From Gloeobacterales cyanobacterium (GTDB taxonomy: Bacteria > Cyanobacteriota > Cyanobacteriia > Gloeobacterales > PMM-0068), in the NCBI GenBank assembly GCA_038245785.1, contig JBBRSB010000023.1:16512-80511 (forward strand): a stretch of DNA of 64,000 bases, in the 5' to 3' direction. Made by a program: the position numbers and the translations under genes. This document shows, in pieces, positions 8,518 through 21,101 of the stretch. The number at the start of each line of letters is the position of its first letter. Positions within the stretch are counted from its first letter, which is position 1. The notes beneath the pieces are model-generated. The model searched no databases. It was not told the DNA's origin and was given only the letters and a program-made list of their open reading frames with translations.

Positions 8518-11500
8518 ATGAGAAGCCTTAATGATTACCAAATTACTACTCAAATCTATGAAAGCTTCAACTCGTTAGTTTATAGGGCGGTTCTTAAAAC
8601 TAATAATCAATCTGTTATTTTGAAGATTCTCAAAGAGGATTACCCCTCCCCCTCAAAACTAACAAACTATAAACAGGAGTATGAAATCACTCGCTCTTTA
8701 AATGCAACTGGAGTGATCAAGGTTTATGGTTTGCAAAGATATCGTAATACGCTTGCAATAATTGAGGAAGATTTTGGAGGTATATCTTTAGATATTTTAT
8801 TAAACTCTAGAGGTCTTGCATTATCAGAATTCCTTACTATCGCCATTAAAATTACTGAGGGTCTGGGTGAGATTCATACTGCTAACGTTATTCACAAAGA
8901 TATTAATCCCTCCAACATTGTTTGGAATGCAAAAACAAATCAGCTTAAAATTATTGACTTTGGTATTTCCACAGTGTTAACGCGTGAAAATCCATCAATC
9001 AAAAATCCGAGTGTTCTAGAAGGAACCCTGGCCTATATGTCACCCGAGCAAACGGGGAGAATGAATCGGGTACTTGACTACACTACGGATTTTTACTCCC
9101 TTGGTGTGACCTTTTACCAAATGCTAACCGGTTACTTGCCCTTTGAAGCGAATGAAGCCTTAGAACTAGTGCATTGTCATATTGCTAAGCACCCCGTTGC
9201 GCCTTATGAACTTAAGTCAGATATTCCTAAGGTAGTTTCTAGTCTGATTATGAAATTGTTGGCAAAAACATCAGAAGAGCGATACTTAAGTGCTTTTGGA
9301 ATAAAAGCTGATCTCGAAGAATGTTTTAGACAGTTACAAACAACTAGAAAAATTCTAGATTTCCCTCTTGCACAACAAGACACTTCTAATAGATTCAGCA
9401 TCCCACAAAAACTTTATGGCAGAGAACAGGAAATTGAAAAATTATTATCAACGTTTAAACGTGTTACTCAGACCAAGGAAGAGCAAGTACGAAAACATGT
9501 CGAAATGATACTAATTCGTGGCTATTCCGGCATTGGAAAATCTGTACTGGTACGAGAACTCTATAAACCAATTACTGCTGAGCAGGGCTATTTTATTTCT
9601 GGAAAGTTTGAACAGTTTCAGCGTAATATTCCTTATTCTGCAATTACCTCTGCCTTTCGTTCTCTCATACAGCAACTCTTAGCTGAAAATGATATACAGT
9701 TATCACAGTGGCGTGAGAAACTCCTAGCAGCACTTGGTTCTAATGGACAAGTAATTGCTGATGTTATACCTGAGATAGAACAAATTGTTGGACCTCAATC
9801 TCCTGTACAGCAACTGGAACCAATAGAGGCACAGAATCGATTTAGCCTCGTCTTTCAAAAGTTTGTCCAAGTGTTTTGTCAGCAATCACATCCACTGGTT
9901 ATCTTTTTGGATGACTTACAGTGGGCAGACTCAGCCAGTTTAAAGGTCATTGATTTGATGATGACTGATGACCAGATGCAATATTTGCTATTAATTGGAG
10001 CTTACAGAGATAATGAAGTTGATCTAAGTCACCCTTTGTCAATAACTCTTAAGGGTTTAGAAAAAGGTGGAGCTATTTTACAATGGATGACCCTGGTTCC
10101 CCTAGCTCTTCCTCATGTTACCCAGTTGATTGCTGACACTCTCCACAACGAACTGGAATCGGTTGAACTGCTAGCAAAATTGATTCACCAAAAAACATCA
10201 GGCAATCCTTTCTTTGTCAATGAATTTCTTAAAACTCTCTACCAGGAAAACCTTTTACAGTTTTCGTGGCAACAGCGTCGCTGGCAATGGGATATTGCTC
10301 AAATTCAGGCTTTAGGTATTACAGAATATGTAGTTGATCTGCTGATTAGTAATTTAAGAAAAATTCCAGAGAAATCTCAACAAGTTTTGTATCTAGCTGC
10401 TTGTATTGGCAATAGTTTTGATCTCCATACTCTCTCAACTATTTACGAAGAACCTGTTGTAAAAACATTTTCAGATCTATTACCTGCTATCCAATCTGGA
10501 CTCATTCAACCTACTTCAAATCTAGAAATTTCTTCAGACGAAACCATCGATTCCTCACTAATTATTCTTAACTTTAATTTTTTACACGATCGGGTGCAGC
10601 AGGCAGCCTATGCCCTAATCGATGATGAGCTAAAGAAAGCTATTCATCTGCAAATTGGACAACTGATATTATCCAATGCTTCATTAAATGAACTAGATGA
10701 AAAAATATTTAAGCTAGTCGATCACCTTAATAAGGGAAAAAACTTAATTGAGCATGAAGAAAAAAAAGTTGAATTGGCTAAATTGAATCTAAAAGCAGGT
10801 AACAAAGCGAAGGAAGCCACAGCTTATGTAGCGGCTAGAGAGTATCTGCTCTCAGCCACCGAAACTTTTCCTGGAAATATTTGGGAAGACAATTATGAAC
10901 TGGCTGTAGAGCTGTATAAAGAACTAGGACAGGTTGAATATCTTAACGGCAACTTTCAGGAATCGGAATTGTTGATTAAATCTAATCTGGATAAAGTCAA
11001 TTCAGCAATCGAGCGCTCTGAATTCTATTATCTTTTAGTCGAGCAGTACACCATGCTTGGCAAGTATTCCGAGGCAATTCAGTCAGGACGCATTGCACTT
11101 GAAGATCTGGGTATTATCTTACCTGATCAGGATTTTGACCAAGCTCTTGAAGCTGAGCTAATTAGATTTAGTGATAATTTAGGCGTTCGAGAAGTAAGTT
11201 CTCTTATTGATAATTTAAAAATGGCAGATCCAGCGAAGCGTTCTGCTTTAGATTTATTGATAAAATTACAACCTCCAACTTATTTGAGTGGTTCAGAGCT
11301 TGCAGGCATCGTAATGGCTAAATCAGCGAATTTGAGTGTTGAACATGGTCATACATCCAAATCTGCGATTAGTTACGGAATATTTGGTATGCTGCATTCA
11401 ATGCTAGGCAACTATCAACTTAGTTACCAACTTACACTGTTAGGATATCAGCTTAGTATAAAATTTGACGACTATTATTCTATAAGCCAAACAGCCAATT

Positions 11501-14500
11501 ACCTTGCTAATTTCTCTCTTTTATGGGTTAGGCACATCAAAGAAACTGAAAGTTTTAATGCTGAATCAATTAATTCTGGATTGCAGTCAGGAATGCTCCA
11601 GTTTACTGGTTTTAGTATGACTCACATATTGTTAAATAGAATTTATCAAGGCAAAAATATATCTCCTTTTCTTGATGAAGCATTTAATATTTTAGCTTTC
11701 TCCAGAAAAACGAAAAATCAATGGTCTACTGATTGCATCTTAGGGCAGGCAATAATATTAGCAAATCTACTGGCTCAGACACAGGACAAACTATATTTTG
11801 GTTGTAATGAGGTTGATGAATCTCAGTACCTAGATGAAGAGGGAACTAGCCGAACCTCAAATGCCATCTGCTATTATCACATTTTCAAGGCTCAAGTTTT
11901 ATACTTATATAACAAGCTAGATCTAGCATTAGTCTCAATTGCCAAAGCTCAAAAACTGTTAGCTTTCATCCCTGGTACTATTCATGCTTCTACTTATAAC
12001 TTCTACTATTCTCTAATTTTAATTGCTCTTTATCCAACTGTCTCTCTAGAGAAACAGCGAGAGTATTGGAGGCAGATTGAGGCTAACCAAGAGCAGATTA
12101 AAAATTGGGTAAATCAATGCCCTGACAATTTTCTCCATAAGTATCTTCTGGTTGAGGCAGAAATGGCTCGTGTATTAGGTAAATGGTATGAAGCAGAGGG
12201 TCTGTACGACCAATCCATTGAGTCAGCAAGAAAATATGACTTTTCCCAAAACGAAGCTTTATCAAATGAACTCGCAGCCAAGTTTTGGCTAGCTAGAGGT
12301 AAAGAAGAATTTGCCCAAATCTACATGAAAAAAGCTTACCAAGGCTATCAAATGTGGGGAGCTAAGCGCAAGGTAAAGGATTTAGATGTGAGATATCCTG
12401 AGTGGTTTAATTCAAAATCATCTTTAAGTCAAGATACTTCTCTCAATCTTTTAAAAACTTCTAAAACTTTCACTGAAGTATTGGATTTAGCCACAGTAAT
12501 AAAAGCCTCACAGGCAATTTCGGGTGAGATAGTTGAAATCGATCTATTAGAAAAGCTGATGAAAATTATGATTGAGAATGCTGGCGCTCAAGTTGGTTTT
12601 CTCATCTTAGAAAAGAAAGGTCAACTAGTAATTGAGGCCCAAGATTCTGTCGAACAAAATGCGGTGATAGTGTGTCAATCAATCCCGGTTGAAACTAGCC
12701 AGCAGTTGCCCCTATCTCTAGTTAATTATGTAGTAAGAACCAGAGAAGATGTTGTCTTGGCAGATGCAACTCGTGAAGGCAGATTCACCGCAGATCCTTA
12801 TGTTTCTCAAAATCGATCTAAATCTATTCTGTGTATGCCGATCGTCCATCAAGGAAAACTTATCGGTTTACTATATCTAGAAAATAATTTAACGACAGAT
12901 GCTTTCACCCCAGACCGATTAGAAGTACTAAAGCTTTTGTCCTCTCAGGCAGCCATTTCTTTGCAAAATGCCCAACTTTATATCGCATTGCGTGAAAGTG
13001 AAAGAAAGCTCGCTCAAATTTTAGAAGCAGTGCCAGTGGGCGTGTTCGTGATTGATGCTAAAGGCAACCCTTACTATGTTAATCGAACTGCCCAACAGAT
13101 ACTTGGGAAGGGCGTCGTACCCGAAGCCACGACTGCTCAATTGCCTGAAACCTATCAAGCTTATCTGGCGGGGACGGAGCAGTTGTACCCCACCGAGCAG
13201 CAGCCCATCATGCGAGCCTTGAAGGGAGAAAGGACAACCATCGACGATCTTGAGATTCACCAAGTTGATAAGATTATTCCCTTAGAAGTGTCAGCCACAC
13301 CAGTCTTCGATGAGAAGGGTCAAATTGTCTATGCTATAGCCGCTTTTGCTGACATCACTCAACGAAGACAAGCAGAAGCCGAGCGCATTCAATTCACTCA
13401 AGAGCTAGCACTCAAAAATGAAGCTTTGCAGGAAGTAACCGATGAATTAGAAGAGTACAGCCGTACTTTGGAGCGAAAAGTTCAGGAGCGTACCCAAGAG
13501 TTGACACAGACTCTGGAAATTCTTAAAGCCACGCAATCTGAACTTCTCTTTGAAAACGATCTCCTAAGAAGTGCTGAGCAAACCTCCAACTTTGACTATC
13601 AAGTAGGGGGGAGTTTGCCCATGGATGCTCCTACCTATGTGGTACGTGCCGCAGACCGTTATCTCTACAAAGCATTGATGCGTGGAGAGTTTTGCTATGT
13701 CCTCAATGCGCGTCAAATGGGCAAGTCAAGTCTTATGGTCCGTATGATCTATCACCTCCAACATGAAGGTCTTAGCTGTGCTGCCATTGATATGACTCGT
13801 ATTGGCAGTGAAAACGTCACGGTGGACCAATGGTACAAGGGATTGGCGATGGAGTTGTGGCAGAACTTTGATCTAATGAGAAAAGTTAATTTGAGGACGT
13901 GGTGGAATGAGCGACTTGATGTTTCTCCTGTCCAGCGGTTGAGTCAATTTATTGAAGAAGTTCTTCTCGTTCATGTCGGAGTAGAAGATGGTCTTCGCAA
14001 ACAAGTAATCATTTTTATTGATGAAATTGATAGTCTTTTGAGCTTAAATTTTCCGGTTAACGATTTTTTCACTCTGATTCGCTCTTGTTATAACCAGCGC
14101 AGTCTCAATCCAGCCTATCAACGGCTAAACTTTGCTTTCTTTGGCACAGCAACCCCTTCGGATTTAATTACGGACTCCCAGAGAACGCCTTTTAATCTTG
14201 GTCAGGCCATCCGTCTAGAAGGCTTTAAAGAACATGAGGCCCAGCCACTGCTTCAAGGATTGGCGGAGAAAGTCAGTAACCCACAGGTAATTCTCAAAGA
14301 GGTATTAGCTTGGACCAATGGTCAACCTTTCTTAACACAGAAATTATGTAGGCTTATACGTACTGCTGCTTCCCCTATTCCTGGCAACAATGAGGCTGAG
14401 TGGATTGAGCATTTAGTCCAAACGCAAATAATAGACCACTGGGAATCACAGGACGAACCAGAACATTTGAGAACCATTCGGGATCGCTTACTCAGTAATG

Positions 14501-14733
14501 ACCAACAGAAGAGACCCTTGTTGAGACTTTACCAAAGAATTTTGCAACAAGATGAAATCCCTGCTGATGATAGCCCTGAGCAAAGAGAATTAGTACTATC
14601 AGGATTGGTTTCTAAACACAAGGGCAAGGACCAAACAGATATGCCCAAACTTATAGCCAATAACCGCATTTACAAGACTATTTTCAATCTGTCTTGGGTT
14701 GAACAGCAGTTGGCTCATCCTGACTCGCGTTGA
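8518..14733 (+). CDS. Multidomain Ser/Thr kinase - AAA ATPase - helical repeats - GAF - PAS - coiled coil - AAA_35 protein
   Basis: [27 protein letters not shown]; GYSGIGKS and [10 protein letters not shown]; GAF '[22 protein letters not shown]'; PAS '[12 protein letters not shown]'; C-terminal '[17 protein letters not shown]...RQMGKSS...IFIDEID...[13 protein letters not shown]'. Confidence 0.9.
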   Translation: MRSLNDYQITTQIYESFNSLVYRAVLKTNNQSVILKILKEDYPSPSKLTNYKQEYEITRSLNATGVIKVYGLQRYRNTLAIIEEDFGGISLDILLNSRGLALSEFLTIAIKITEGLGEIHTANVIHKDINPSNIVWNAKTNQLKIIDFGISTVLTRENPSIKNPSVLEGTLAYMSPEQTGRMNRVLDYTTDFYSLGVTFYQMLTGYLPFEANEALELVHCHIAKHPVAPYELKSDIPKVVSSLIMKLLAKTSEERYLSAFGIKADLEECFRQLQTTRKILDFPLAQQDTSNRFSIPQKLYGREQEIEKLLSTFKRVTQTKEEQVRKHVEMILIRGYSGIGKSVLVRELYKPITAEQGYFISGKFEQFQRNIPYSAITSAFRSLIQQLLAENDIQLSQWREKLLAALGSNGQVIADVIPEIEQIVGPQSPVQQLEPIEAQNRFSLVFQKFVQVFCQQSHPLVIFLDDLQWADSASLKVIDLMMTDDQMQYLLLIGAYRDNEVDLSHPLSITLKGLEKGGAILQWMTLVPLALPHVTQLIADTLHNELESVELLAKLIHQKTSGNPFFVNEFLKTLYQENLLQFSWQQRRWQWDIAQIQALGITEYVVDLLISNLRKIPEKSQQVLYLAACIGNSFDLHTLSTIYEEPVVKTFSDLLPAIQSGLIQPTSNLEISSDETIDSSLIILNFNFLHDRVQQAAYALIDDELKKAIHLQIGQLILSNASLNELDEKIFKLVDHLNKGKNLIEHEEKKVELAKLNLKAGNKAKEATAYVAAREYLLSATETFPGNIWEDNYELAVELYKELGQVEYLNGNFQESELLIKSNLDKVNSAIERSEFYYLLVEQYTMLGKYSEAIQSGRIALEDLGIILPDQDFDQALEAELIRFSDNLGVREVSSLIDNLKMADPAKRSALDLLIKLQPPTYLSGSELAGIVMAKSANLSVEHGHTSKSAISYGIFGMLHSMLGNYQLSYQLTLLGYQLSIKFDDYYSISQTANYLANFSLLWVRHIKETESFNAESINSGLQSGMLQFTGFSMTHILLNRIYQGKNISPFLDEAFNILAFSRKTKNQWSTDCILGQAIILANLLAQTQDKLYFGCNEVDESQYLDEEGTSRTSNAICYYHIFKAQVLYLYNKLDLALVSIAKAQKLLAFIPGTIHASTYNFYYSLILIALYPTVSLEKQREYWRQIEANQEQIKNWVNQCPDNFLHKYLLVEAEMARVLGKWYEAEGLYDQSIESARKYDFSQNEALSNELAAKFWLARGKEEFAQIYMKKAYQGYQMWGAKRKVKDLDVRYPEWFNSKSSLSQDTSLNLLKTSKTFTEVLDLATVIKASQAISGEIVEIDLLEKLMKIMIENAGAQVGFLILEKKGQLVIEAQDSVEQNAVIVCQSIPVETSQQLPLSLVNYVVRTREDVVLADATREGRFTADPYVSQNRSKSILCMPIVHQGKLIGLLYLENNLTTDAFTPDRLEVLKLLSSQAAISLQNAQLYIALRESERKLAQILEAVPVGVFVIDAKGNPYYVNRTAQQILGKGVVPEATTAQLPETYQAYLAGTEQLYPTEQQPIMRALKGERTTIDDLEIHQVDKIIPLEVSATPVFDEKGQIVYAIAAFADITQRRQAEAERIQFTQELALKNEALQEVTDELEEYSRTLERKVQERTQELTQTLEILKATQSELLFENDLLRSAEQTSNFDYQVGGSLPMDAPTYVVRAADRYLYKALMRGEFCYVLNARQMGKSSLMVRMIYHLQHEGLSCAAIDMTRIGSENVTVDQWYKGLAMELWQNFDLMRKVNLRTWWNERLDVSPVQRLSQFIEEVLLVHVGVEDGLRKQVIIFIDEIDSLLSLNFPVNDFFTLIRSCYNQRSLNPAYQRLNFAFFGTATPSDLITDSQRTPFNLGQAIRLEGFKEHEAQPLLQGLAEKVSNPQVILKEVLAWTNGQPFLTQKLCRLIRTAASPIPGNNEAEWIEHLVQTQIIDHWESQDEPEHLRTIRDRLLSNDQQKRPLLRLYQRILQQDEIPADDSPEQRELVLSGLVSKHKGKDQTDMPKLIANNRIYKTIFNLSWVEQQLAHPDSR

Positions 14734-14742
14734 CTCGGATGT

Positions 14743-15360
14743 CTAACCATAATTTCGACGGGCAGCGACAGAATAGAACTGAAACTCCGGCATGACCAGG
14801 GCCGTGAGTCTTCCGCCATAGACACATCCCGTATCTAAACCTATAGCAACCGGCTGCCCTTTCCATTGTTGAATCAGCGGTTGTTTCATCACTCGATGGC
14901 CGAATAGCACCAGTCGTTCTTCCTGATAGTTTTTGTACCAGGGCGTACGCATTTCTGTTAATGCTTCTGGCTGTTGCTCTTCCAGTGCTACCCCAAGCTT
15001 TAAGCCAGCATGGACTATATCGCCGTGTTGGGTACGGCGATAGAAAGGTAGATTGCGGAGATAGGCCAAAGCTTGCGGATTTTTTTTCAAAAGTTTTGCA
15101 GTAAGGGCTGCCACATGAGGGAGCGATTTTTTCCCTTCAAAATGGCGAACCATAGCCCAGTCATGATTTCCCATCACCGCCTCAGCCTGAACTTCTTGGA
15201 TCAGCTCAAGGAGCCCCAAAAAGTCTGGCCCCCGATTGCAGAGATCCCCGGTTAGGTAAACGCGGTCAGTCCGTGTTAGCCCTACCTTATCAAGAAGACG
15301 ACCAAGCTCACTTGCGCAAGCATGGACATCGCCAATAAAGATTTCACGGGATTGGGTCAT
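14743..15360 (-). CDS. Metallophosphoesterase (ApaH/PrpA-like)
   Basis: IGDVH, GDLCNRGP, GNHD, VHAG, FGH, LDTGCVYGG; start moved to ATG 15360. Confidence 0.9.
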   Translation of the reverse strand: MTQSREIFIGDVHACASELGRLLDKVGLTRTDRVYLTGDLCNRGPDFLGLLELIQEVQAEAVMGNHDWAMVRHFEGKKSLPHVAALTAKLLKKNPQALAYLRNLPFYRRTQHGDIVHAGLKLGVALEEQQPEALTEMRTPWYKNYQEERLVLFGHRVMKQPLIQQWKGQPVAIGLDTGCVYGGRLTALVMPEFQFYSVAARRNYG

Positions 15361-15489
15361 GTGAAAATAGCACCAACGAAGGAAATACGATCCGCTCGTT
15401 GGTGTTAGTAAACCGCATAACAGCACCCCAGGTCTAGGGTTTGCATTCAGAAAAGTTCTAAATACGGGGTTAGCAGCGATGACTAAGTC

Positions 15490-15957
15490 CTAATATTTAA
15501 ATTCTTCTCCTCCTCTTCTGCGCTCTTTCCGTTCTGCCTTTAACTGATCCAGCTTAGTACGTTGCTCGGGAGTCAAAATCGCATTCAGTTTTTGTTTGTA
15601 GTCATCACGGGCCTGTTGGAGCTGAGGTTTCAGCGTTTGCATTTGGTTGCGAATACTCTGCAATTTCGCTTGGTCCCCTGATTCTCGGGCGGCTTTAGCT
15701 TGAGAGCGCAGGTCTTTCGCTTGAGTCATGAGGGGGCCATTCTTTTGTTTCTCTTGCTCCTTGAGCGCACGAATTTGGTCTTTTTGTTGGGTGGAAAGAT
15801 TCAATTGATCCAGCTTACGCATGCCTCGCTCACCCCTTTCTCCTCGTTCACCTCTTTCTTGGGGAGGAGCTTCAGGAGCAGGAGATGGTTGTGCATAGGC
15901 AACTACGGGAGATAAAGAAAGAACAGCCATGAGGAGGGCGGGAATCCAACGTTTCAT
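15490..15957 (-). CDS. Spy/CpxP family periplasmic chaperone (LTXXQ)
   Basis: Signal peptide, 'LNLSTQQKDQI' and 'ILTPEQR' motifs. Confidence 0.8.
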   Translation of the reverse strand: MKRWIPALLMAVLSLSPVVAYAQPSPAPEAPPQERGERGERGERGMRKLDQLNLSTQQKDQIRALKEQEKQKNGPLMTQAKDLRSQAKAARESGDQAKLQSIRNQMQTLKPQLQQARDDYKQKLNAILTPEQRTKLDQLKAERKERRRGGEEFKY

Positions 15958-16091
15958 AGGAATAGGTACATGAGAGACAGTACTTTATTGGACGCAGTGT
16001 CCTAATCCAGGGTTCATCGGTTTGAGAATGAACAGTCTAGGTCTTTGTGGAACTTTACAATGGTTGGAGAACGATTTATCCCAAGCTCGCT

Positions 16092-17273
16092 ATGCAGTAC
16101 CGTCGATTTGGACGTACCGAATTATCCATGCCTGTTTTTTCCTGTGGCGGCATGCGCTATCAGCAGCAGTGGCAGGACTGTGCGCTCTCCCAGATTCAAA
16201 AAGAGAATCAGGAGAACCTAGAAGCAGCGATCCATCGTTCGCTAGAACTCGGTATCAACCATATTGAGACAGCCCGAGGCTATGGAACCTCTGAGATGCA
16301 ATTGGGTCAATTATTGCCCAAACTGCGCCGTGAAAAGTTAATCATCCAAACTAAGGTTTCTCCGACCCAAAATGCCAAAGATTTTGTGTCGGCTTTTAAT
16401 CAGTCGATGAAGTATCTCAACCTGGAGTATGTGGATTTATTAGGCTTACATGGCATCAATACTCCAGAGTTGCTGGATTACAGTCTGGGACCGAAGGGCT
16501 GTGTCGCCGCAGCCAGGCAGCTCGTCAAGGAAGGGAGAGTTCGTCACATTGGATTCTCTACCCACGGCCCAACAGAGGTTATCGTCAAAGCCATTGATAC
16601 AGGGCTTTTTGACTATGTAAATCTCCACTGGTACTACATCAATCAGCGGAACTGGCCAGCGATTGAACATGCGACCCAGCAGGATATGGGCGTTTTTATC
16701 ATTAGTCCTTCCGATAAGGGAGGCAAATTATATGACCCGCCTCAACGTTTGGTAGACCTCTGCCATCCCCTTAGCCCGATGGTGTTCAATGATCTTTTTT
16801 GCCTAAGCCATCTGCAAGTTCATACCCTCAGCCTGGGTGCTTCCCGCCCCAGTGATTTTAATGAACATATAAAAGCGCTTGCTCTGCTAGACCAGGCAGA
16901 CAACATTCTGCCCCCGATTATCGATCGCTTGGAACAGGCTATGGTCAAGGTGCTTGGAGAATCTTGGGTCGAGACCTGGGAACAAGGACTGCCTCCCCAC
17001 GAAGAAACTCCTGGCAATATCAATATTCCGGTACTGCTCTGGCTCAGAAATCTGGCTCTGGCCTATGACTTGGTGGAATACGGAAAGATGCGCTACAACC
17101 TCCTTGGCAATGGCGGTCATTGGTTTCCCGGTCGCAATGCCATCAAACTCCAGGAAGTAGACCTAAGAGACTGCTTGAAGCGAAGTCCGCACCGTGAAGT
17201 GATTTCCCAACTTTTAGCTGAAACCCATGAATTGCTGGGAGCTTCCGAAGTGAAGAGGTTATCTCAGGAATGA
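16092..17273 (+). CDS. Aldo/keto reductase (cyanobacterial type)
   Basis: MQYRRFGRTEL start, HIETARGYG, LLGLHGIN, IGFSTHG. Confidence 0.9.
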   Translation: MQYRRFGRTELSMPVFSCGGMRYQQQWQDCALSQIQKENQENLEAAIHRSLELGINHIETARGYGTSEMQLGQLLPKLRREKLIIQTKVSPTQNAKDFVSAFNQSMKYLNLEYVDLLGLHGINTPELLDYSLGPKGCVAAARQLVKEGRVRHIGFSTHGPTEVIVKAIDTGLFDYVNLHWYYINQRNWPAIEHATQQDMGVFIISPSDKGGKLYDPPQRLVDLCHPLSPMVFNDLFCLSHLQVHTLSLGASRPSDFNEHIKALALLDQADNILPPIIDRLEQAMVKVLGESWVETWEQGLPPHEETPGNINIPVLLWLRNLALAYDLVEYGKMRYNLLGNGGHWFPGRNAIKLQEVDLRDCLKRSPHREVISQLLAETHELLGASEVKRLSQE

Positions 17274-17320
17274 GGGAGATTGCTATGGGCCTACCCAGAC
17301 CCTCTATTCTCCAACAAGAG

Positions 17321-17590
17321 CTAAAGCATCTTTCTATCCACTTCACTGGCTAGTTCTTCCTGAGTCACTGTGTCATCAAAAGGAGAGATCCCGTAGGTAG
17401 ACATCAGGTCAGATAGTTGCCACCGATTCACACCCAACAATTCTGCCGCACGTCCAGCACTGATATCGCCTTACTGAAGAAGAGTAAGAACAAAAGCTTC
17501 TCGTGCCTTGCGTTCAGCCTTTGCCCTATGTTCGACTGGCACCTCAGCAATAGGAATAAAAAAATTAACTTCTATCTGAGAATGGGGCAT
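17321..17590 (-). pseudogene. UPF0175-family (putative antitoxin) gene with an in-frame stop
   Basis: MPHSQIEVNF...EAFVLTLLQ*GDISAGRAAELLGVNRWQLSDLMSTYGISPF...; TAA at 17471-17473 (codon 40 of 90). Confidence 0.75.
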
Positions 17591-17760
17591 GTCTTTCACC
17601 TGGGTGACTAAATTCTAGCCACTATTACAGTTAGGTCACAATGATCTGATATAGGAATCATGTTCTGCTGTCTTCTAAGAGCTTCATGCCACAGTTATGG
17701 CTTACATTCTGAGTTAGAAATTCTGCTACACTCGTAAAGCCGTAAAATTTGTCTCCCGCC

Positions 17761-17946
17761 ATGGCTCAGCCTAAAAAGAAAACGTCCAAGATGAAAGGCC
17801 GCTCCCGTTGTGCTCATTGGAGCCGCAAAACCACTATCCAGGCTGAAAAAGCACTGGCTTTGGGTAACTCCATTTTGAGTGGCCGCAATACCGGATTCAT
17901 TTATCCTGCTCAAGAAGAAGCGGCTGAAGAAGATTCTGAGGGCTAG
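17761..17946 (+). CDS. rpmF: 50S ribosomal protein L32
   Basis: MAQPKKKTSKMKGRSR...W.RK....AEKALALGNSILSGR, cyanobacterial/plastid L32 pattern. Confidence 0.9.
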   Translation: MAQPKKKTSKMKGRSRCAHWSRKTTIQAEKALALGNSILSGRNTGFIYPAQEEAAEEDSEG

Positions 17947-18452
17947 TGTTCTCCCTTCAATTGCCGGACTAGATGGACAATCTCTGGAACGATTAGTTTG
18001 TCCATAGCCAGAGCCACGGCTTTGTGGGAACCCGGCAAGGAAAACACCAATTTTCCCTTAAAAATCCCGCAGGTAGCTCGTGAAGCCATAGCCCGTGAGC
18101 CCACTTGGTCCCAGGAAAGCATTCTAAAAAGCTCCCCAAATCCAGGGAGTTCCTTTTCGAGTAAAGTTTGCAAAGCATCGAAGGTAGTATCTCTGGGGGC
18201 AATGCCCGTACCGCCATTGCAAATCAAGACTTCTAAATCTTCCTTTTGGGCTAATTCCAAAAGCAAAGCTCTGAGGTGGTCCGGCTCATCGGGAAGAATT
18301 TTGTAGAATCCTACGGGGTGGTCTGCTTCTTGAAGGCGCTGCTGGATGATTTGACCACTTTTGTCATCTGCTTCGGTGCGGGTATCACTCAAGGTAATCA
18401 CCGCACAGCGGACTGTGCGCTGTGGGGGATCGGGACAGGGATTTTCAGCCAT
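17943..18452 (-). CDS. moaB: Molybdopterin adenylyltransferase MogA/MoaB family
   Basis: AVITLSDTR, DDKSG, NGGTGIAPRDTT, LPGFGELFR, FSLPGS. Confidence 0.88.
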   Translation of the reverse strand: MAENPCPDPPQRTVRCAVITLSDTRTEADDKSGQIIQQRLQEADHPVGFYKILPDEPDHLRALLLELAQKEDLEVLICNGGTGIAPRDTTFDALQTLLEKELPGFGELFRMLSWDQVGSRAMASRATCGIFKGKLVFSLPGSHKAVALAMDKLIVPEIVHLVRQLKGEH

Positions 18453-18684
18453 GGAAGTAAGAGGTTCGGAATTTTACCTCTCTAGCTTAGATGCTTATTT
18501 CGCGTACGGTCTGAACTAGGCAGCCACTAACGAGGAAGCGAATGATTTTGGGCACCCTATCATTTAGAAAAACACTTAATTTTGATCCCGCGTCAAATAC
18601 AACTCCCTAGGCTGAGTGTTAAACTAGCCTAGCATCAGTCGAGCTGTTCCATAAGATGGAAGATGTTATCTCCAAGCGTTTTGT

Positions 18685-20088
18685 GTGAATTCTAACTCTT
18701 TCAAGAAAAATCTTTTCTGGCTGGGAGTGCAGAGGGAACTGCTCTCTATTTTGGGGTCTTTACCGCTTGCGATCTCGCTTTTTCTTGTGATTGCTCTATT
18801 TAGCACCATAGGCACGGTCCTTCCACAACAGGAAGGAACACAGTTTTACCAAGAAAAATATCCAGACCAAGGCAAAGTTCTTTTTGGCTTCTTGAGCTGG
18901 AAAGTGATCTTGGCTTTGGGCCTGAATGATGTTTACCGCGCGTGGTGGTTCTTAGCAATTTTGATTCTTTTTGGCACAAGTCTGGCGACCTGTTCATTTT
19001 TGCGCCAGATTCCGATGCTGAAATCTGCCCGTAAGTGGCGCTTTTATGACAATCCCAAGCGGCTTAAGAAATTTGCGCTATTTACTGAAGTCCCTGCGAC
19101 CTTAGAACAGCTGATGGGCGAGCTGAAGCAGAAAGGATTCCAAGTCCAAACAGAAGGCCAGAAGGTTTATGCCCATAAGGGATTGCTTGGTCGAGTCGGG
19201 CCAATTATTGTCCATGTATCGATTATTTTGATTCTGCTTGGAGGCATGTTGGGTGCTCTTACCGGTTTCAAGACCCAAAGTATGACCCCTGAAGGAGAGC
19301 AGTTTGATTTCCATCAATTAACGAGCCCCGGTCCGTGGACGGAGGCTCCAAAATGGCAGGTCAAGGTCAACCGTTTTTGGATTGACTATCGGCCGGATGG
19401 GTCGATTAAGCAGTTTTATTCTAATCTTTCGATCATTGATACCGATGGCAAGGAGAAAGCCCGGAAAACTATCTCTGTCAATGACCCGATGACCTATGAC
19501 GGCGTGAGCATGTATCAGGCTAGTTGGGCCGTGGATTCTGTTTTATTTCGGGTAAACAATACGCCTTGGGTAAAAATTCCGATGCGTCCGCTAGAACAGG
19601 TGATCAATGGCAAAGAGACTTGGGGCGCGATCATTCCTTTAGACCAAGAGAATAAGGCGAGGATGGTCCTGGCTACCAATGGCCTCCAGGGAACGGTCCA
19701 GGCTATTTTGTTTGGGGGAGAAAAACCGATTCCCATTTCTTTAAAGCCTGGAGTCCCAGCAGAACTGGCGCCTTCTCTCCGCTTAGAAGTCAAAGGAGTT
19801 ACCGGATCTACAGGTGTTCAATCTAAGAAAGATCCAGGGACGGTCCTGGTTTATACCGGCTTTGGACTACTGATGATTGGGGTAATGATGAGCTACCTAA
19901 GCCATAGTCAGATGTGGGCCTTTGCCAAAGATGGGGTAGTCTATGTGGCAGGTAGAACCAACCGTGCTCAGATTACTTTTGAACGAGAGTTCATGAGTAT
20001 AGTGTCTAATTTACAGAACAGATTGCCAGGCCCTTCGGATGCTGAAATGGCCGAGCCGTCCACCGTCTCTAAGGAAACCCTCAGATGA
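18685..20088 (+). CDS. ccs1: Cytochrome c biogenesis protein Ccs1/ResB
   Basis: [59 protein letters not shown]. Confidence 0.92.
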   Translation: MNSNSFKKNLFWLGVQRELLSILGSLPLAISLFLVIALFSTIGTVLPQQEGTQFYQEKYPDQGKVLFGFLSWKVILALGLNDVYRAWWFLAILILFGTSLATCSFLRQIPMLKSARKWRFYDNPKRLKKFALFTEVPATLEQLMGELKQKGFQVQTEGQKVYAHKGLLGRVGPIIVHVSIILILLGGMLGALTGFKTQSMTPEGEQFDFHQLTSPGPWTEAPKWQVKVNRFWIDYRPDGSIKQFYSNLSIIDTDGKEKARKTISVNDPMTYDGVSMYQASWAVDSVLFRVNNTPWVKIPMRPLEQVINGKETWGAIIPLDQENKARMVLATNGLQGTVQAILFGGEKPIPISLKPGVPAELAPSLRLEVKGVTGSTGVQSKKDPGTVLVYTGFGLLMIGVMMSYLSHSQMWAFAKDGVVYVAGRTNRAQITFEREFMSIVSNLQNRLPGPSDAEMAEPSTVSKETLR

Positions 20089-21101
20089 ATCTTGTCGGCA
20101 TTCAAAACGTTTTAGACAACGCTTCTTTCGCCATCCTTGGGGTAACCACCTTAAGCTACTGGGTCCACGCCGCCTTCAAGAAACCAAAATGGCTCTCTGA
20201 TATAGCTTCTGCCGGGATGAGTCTCGCGGCATTGACCACTACAGGACTTTTGGTCGCCCGCTGGATCGAGTCAGGGCATCCTTTCCCCGTTAGCAACTTA
20301 TACGAATCTCTATTTTTCTTGTGTTGGTGTGTCTGTGCGGTGCATGTGGGCGCAGAATGGTTTAGCCGAGAGCGTTTAATTGGAGTCTTTACTGCTCCGG
20401 TGGCCACGCTCTTAGCTGCTTTTGCCTCCCTCGTTTTACCCGCGAACATGCAAACCAGTGCGCCCCTGGTTCCTGCCCTCCAGTCCAACTGGCTCATGCT
20501 TCATGTAAGTGTAATGATTTTGAGCTATGGCACCCTTTTAGTCGGTTCCCTCGTGTCCATTGCTTATCTCTGGGTGACGCGTAAGGCAAAGGATTTAGAG
20601 CTTCGGGGCTCTTCTATTGGGACAGGGGGCTACCGCACTGTGGATAAGACAACCATGGGAACGGCAACCTCAGAAGCTAAAACAAGTTATGCATTTCAAT
20701 CCAATGCTGAGGGAGACGCGCTGACGGGAAACACCTTAACAATAGAGCAAGAGGCTCCTGTCGCCACGGCACTCCAAACGTTGAACCTGGCTGACCTTCT
20801 GGATAACACGAGCTATCGACTAATTGGTTTGGGCTTTCCCCTGTTGACCATTGGCATCATTGCTGGTGCCGTTTGGGCCAACGAAGCCTGGGGCTCTTAC
20901 TGGAGCTGGGACCCGAAAGAGACCTGGAGTTTGATTACCTGGCTCGTTTTTGCCGCCTATCTACATTCCCGTCTTACCATCGGCTGGCAGGGTAGAAGAC
21001 CTGCATTCCTAGCCTCGTTGGGTTTTGTGGTAGTGTGGATAACCTATCTTGGAGTTAACCTGCTTGGCACAGGACTCCACAGTTATGGTTGGTTTTTCTA
21101 G
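20085..21101 (+). CDS. ccsA: Cytochrome c synthase CcsA/ResC
   Basis: [41 protein letters not shown] (WWD domain), GLHSYG. Confidence 0.95.
   Translation: MNLVGIQNVLDNASFAILGVTTLSYWVHAAFKKPKWLSDIASAGMSLAALTTTGLLVARWIESGHPFPVSNLYESLFFLCWCVCAVHVGAEWFSRERLIGVFTAPVATLLAAFASLVLPANMQTSAPLVPALQSNWLMLHVSVMILSYGTLLVGSLVSIAYLWVTRKAKDLELRGSSIGTGGYRTVDKTTMGTATSEAKTSYAFQSNAEGDALTGNTLTIEQEAPVATALQTLNLADLLDNTSYRLIGLGFPLLTIGIIAGAVWANEAWGSYWSWDPKETWSLITWLVFAAYLHSRLTIGWQGRRPAFLASLGFVVVWITYLGVNLLGTGLHSYGWFF

Noticed and set aside
15825-15855. GER-GER-GER repeat in the Spy-like gene
   Set aside because: Ordinary low-complexity linker typical of Spy/CpxP proteins
17417-17611. 64-aa plus-strand ORF
   Set aside because: Shadow of the minus-strand UPF0175 pseudogene
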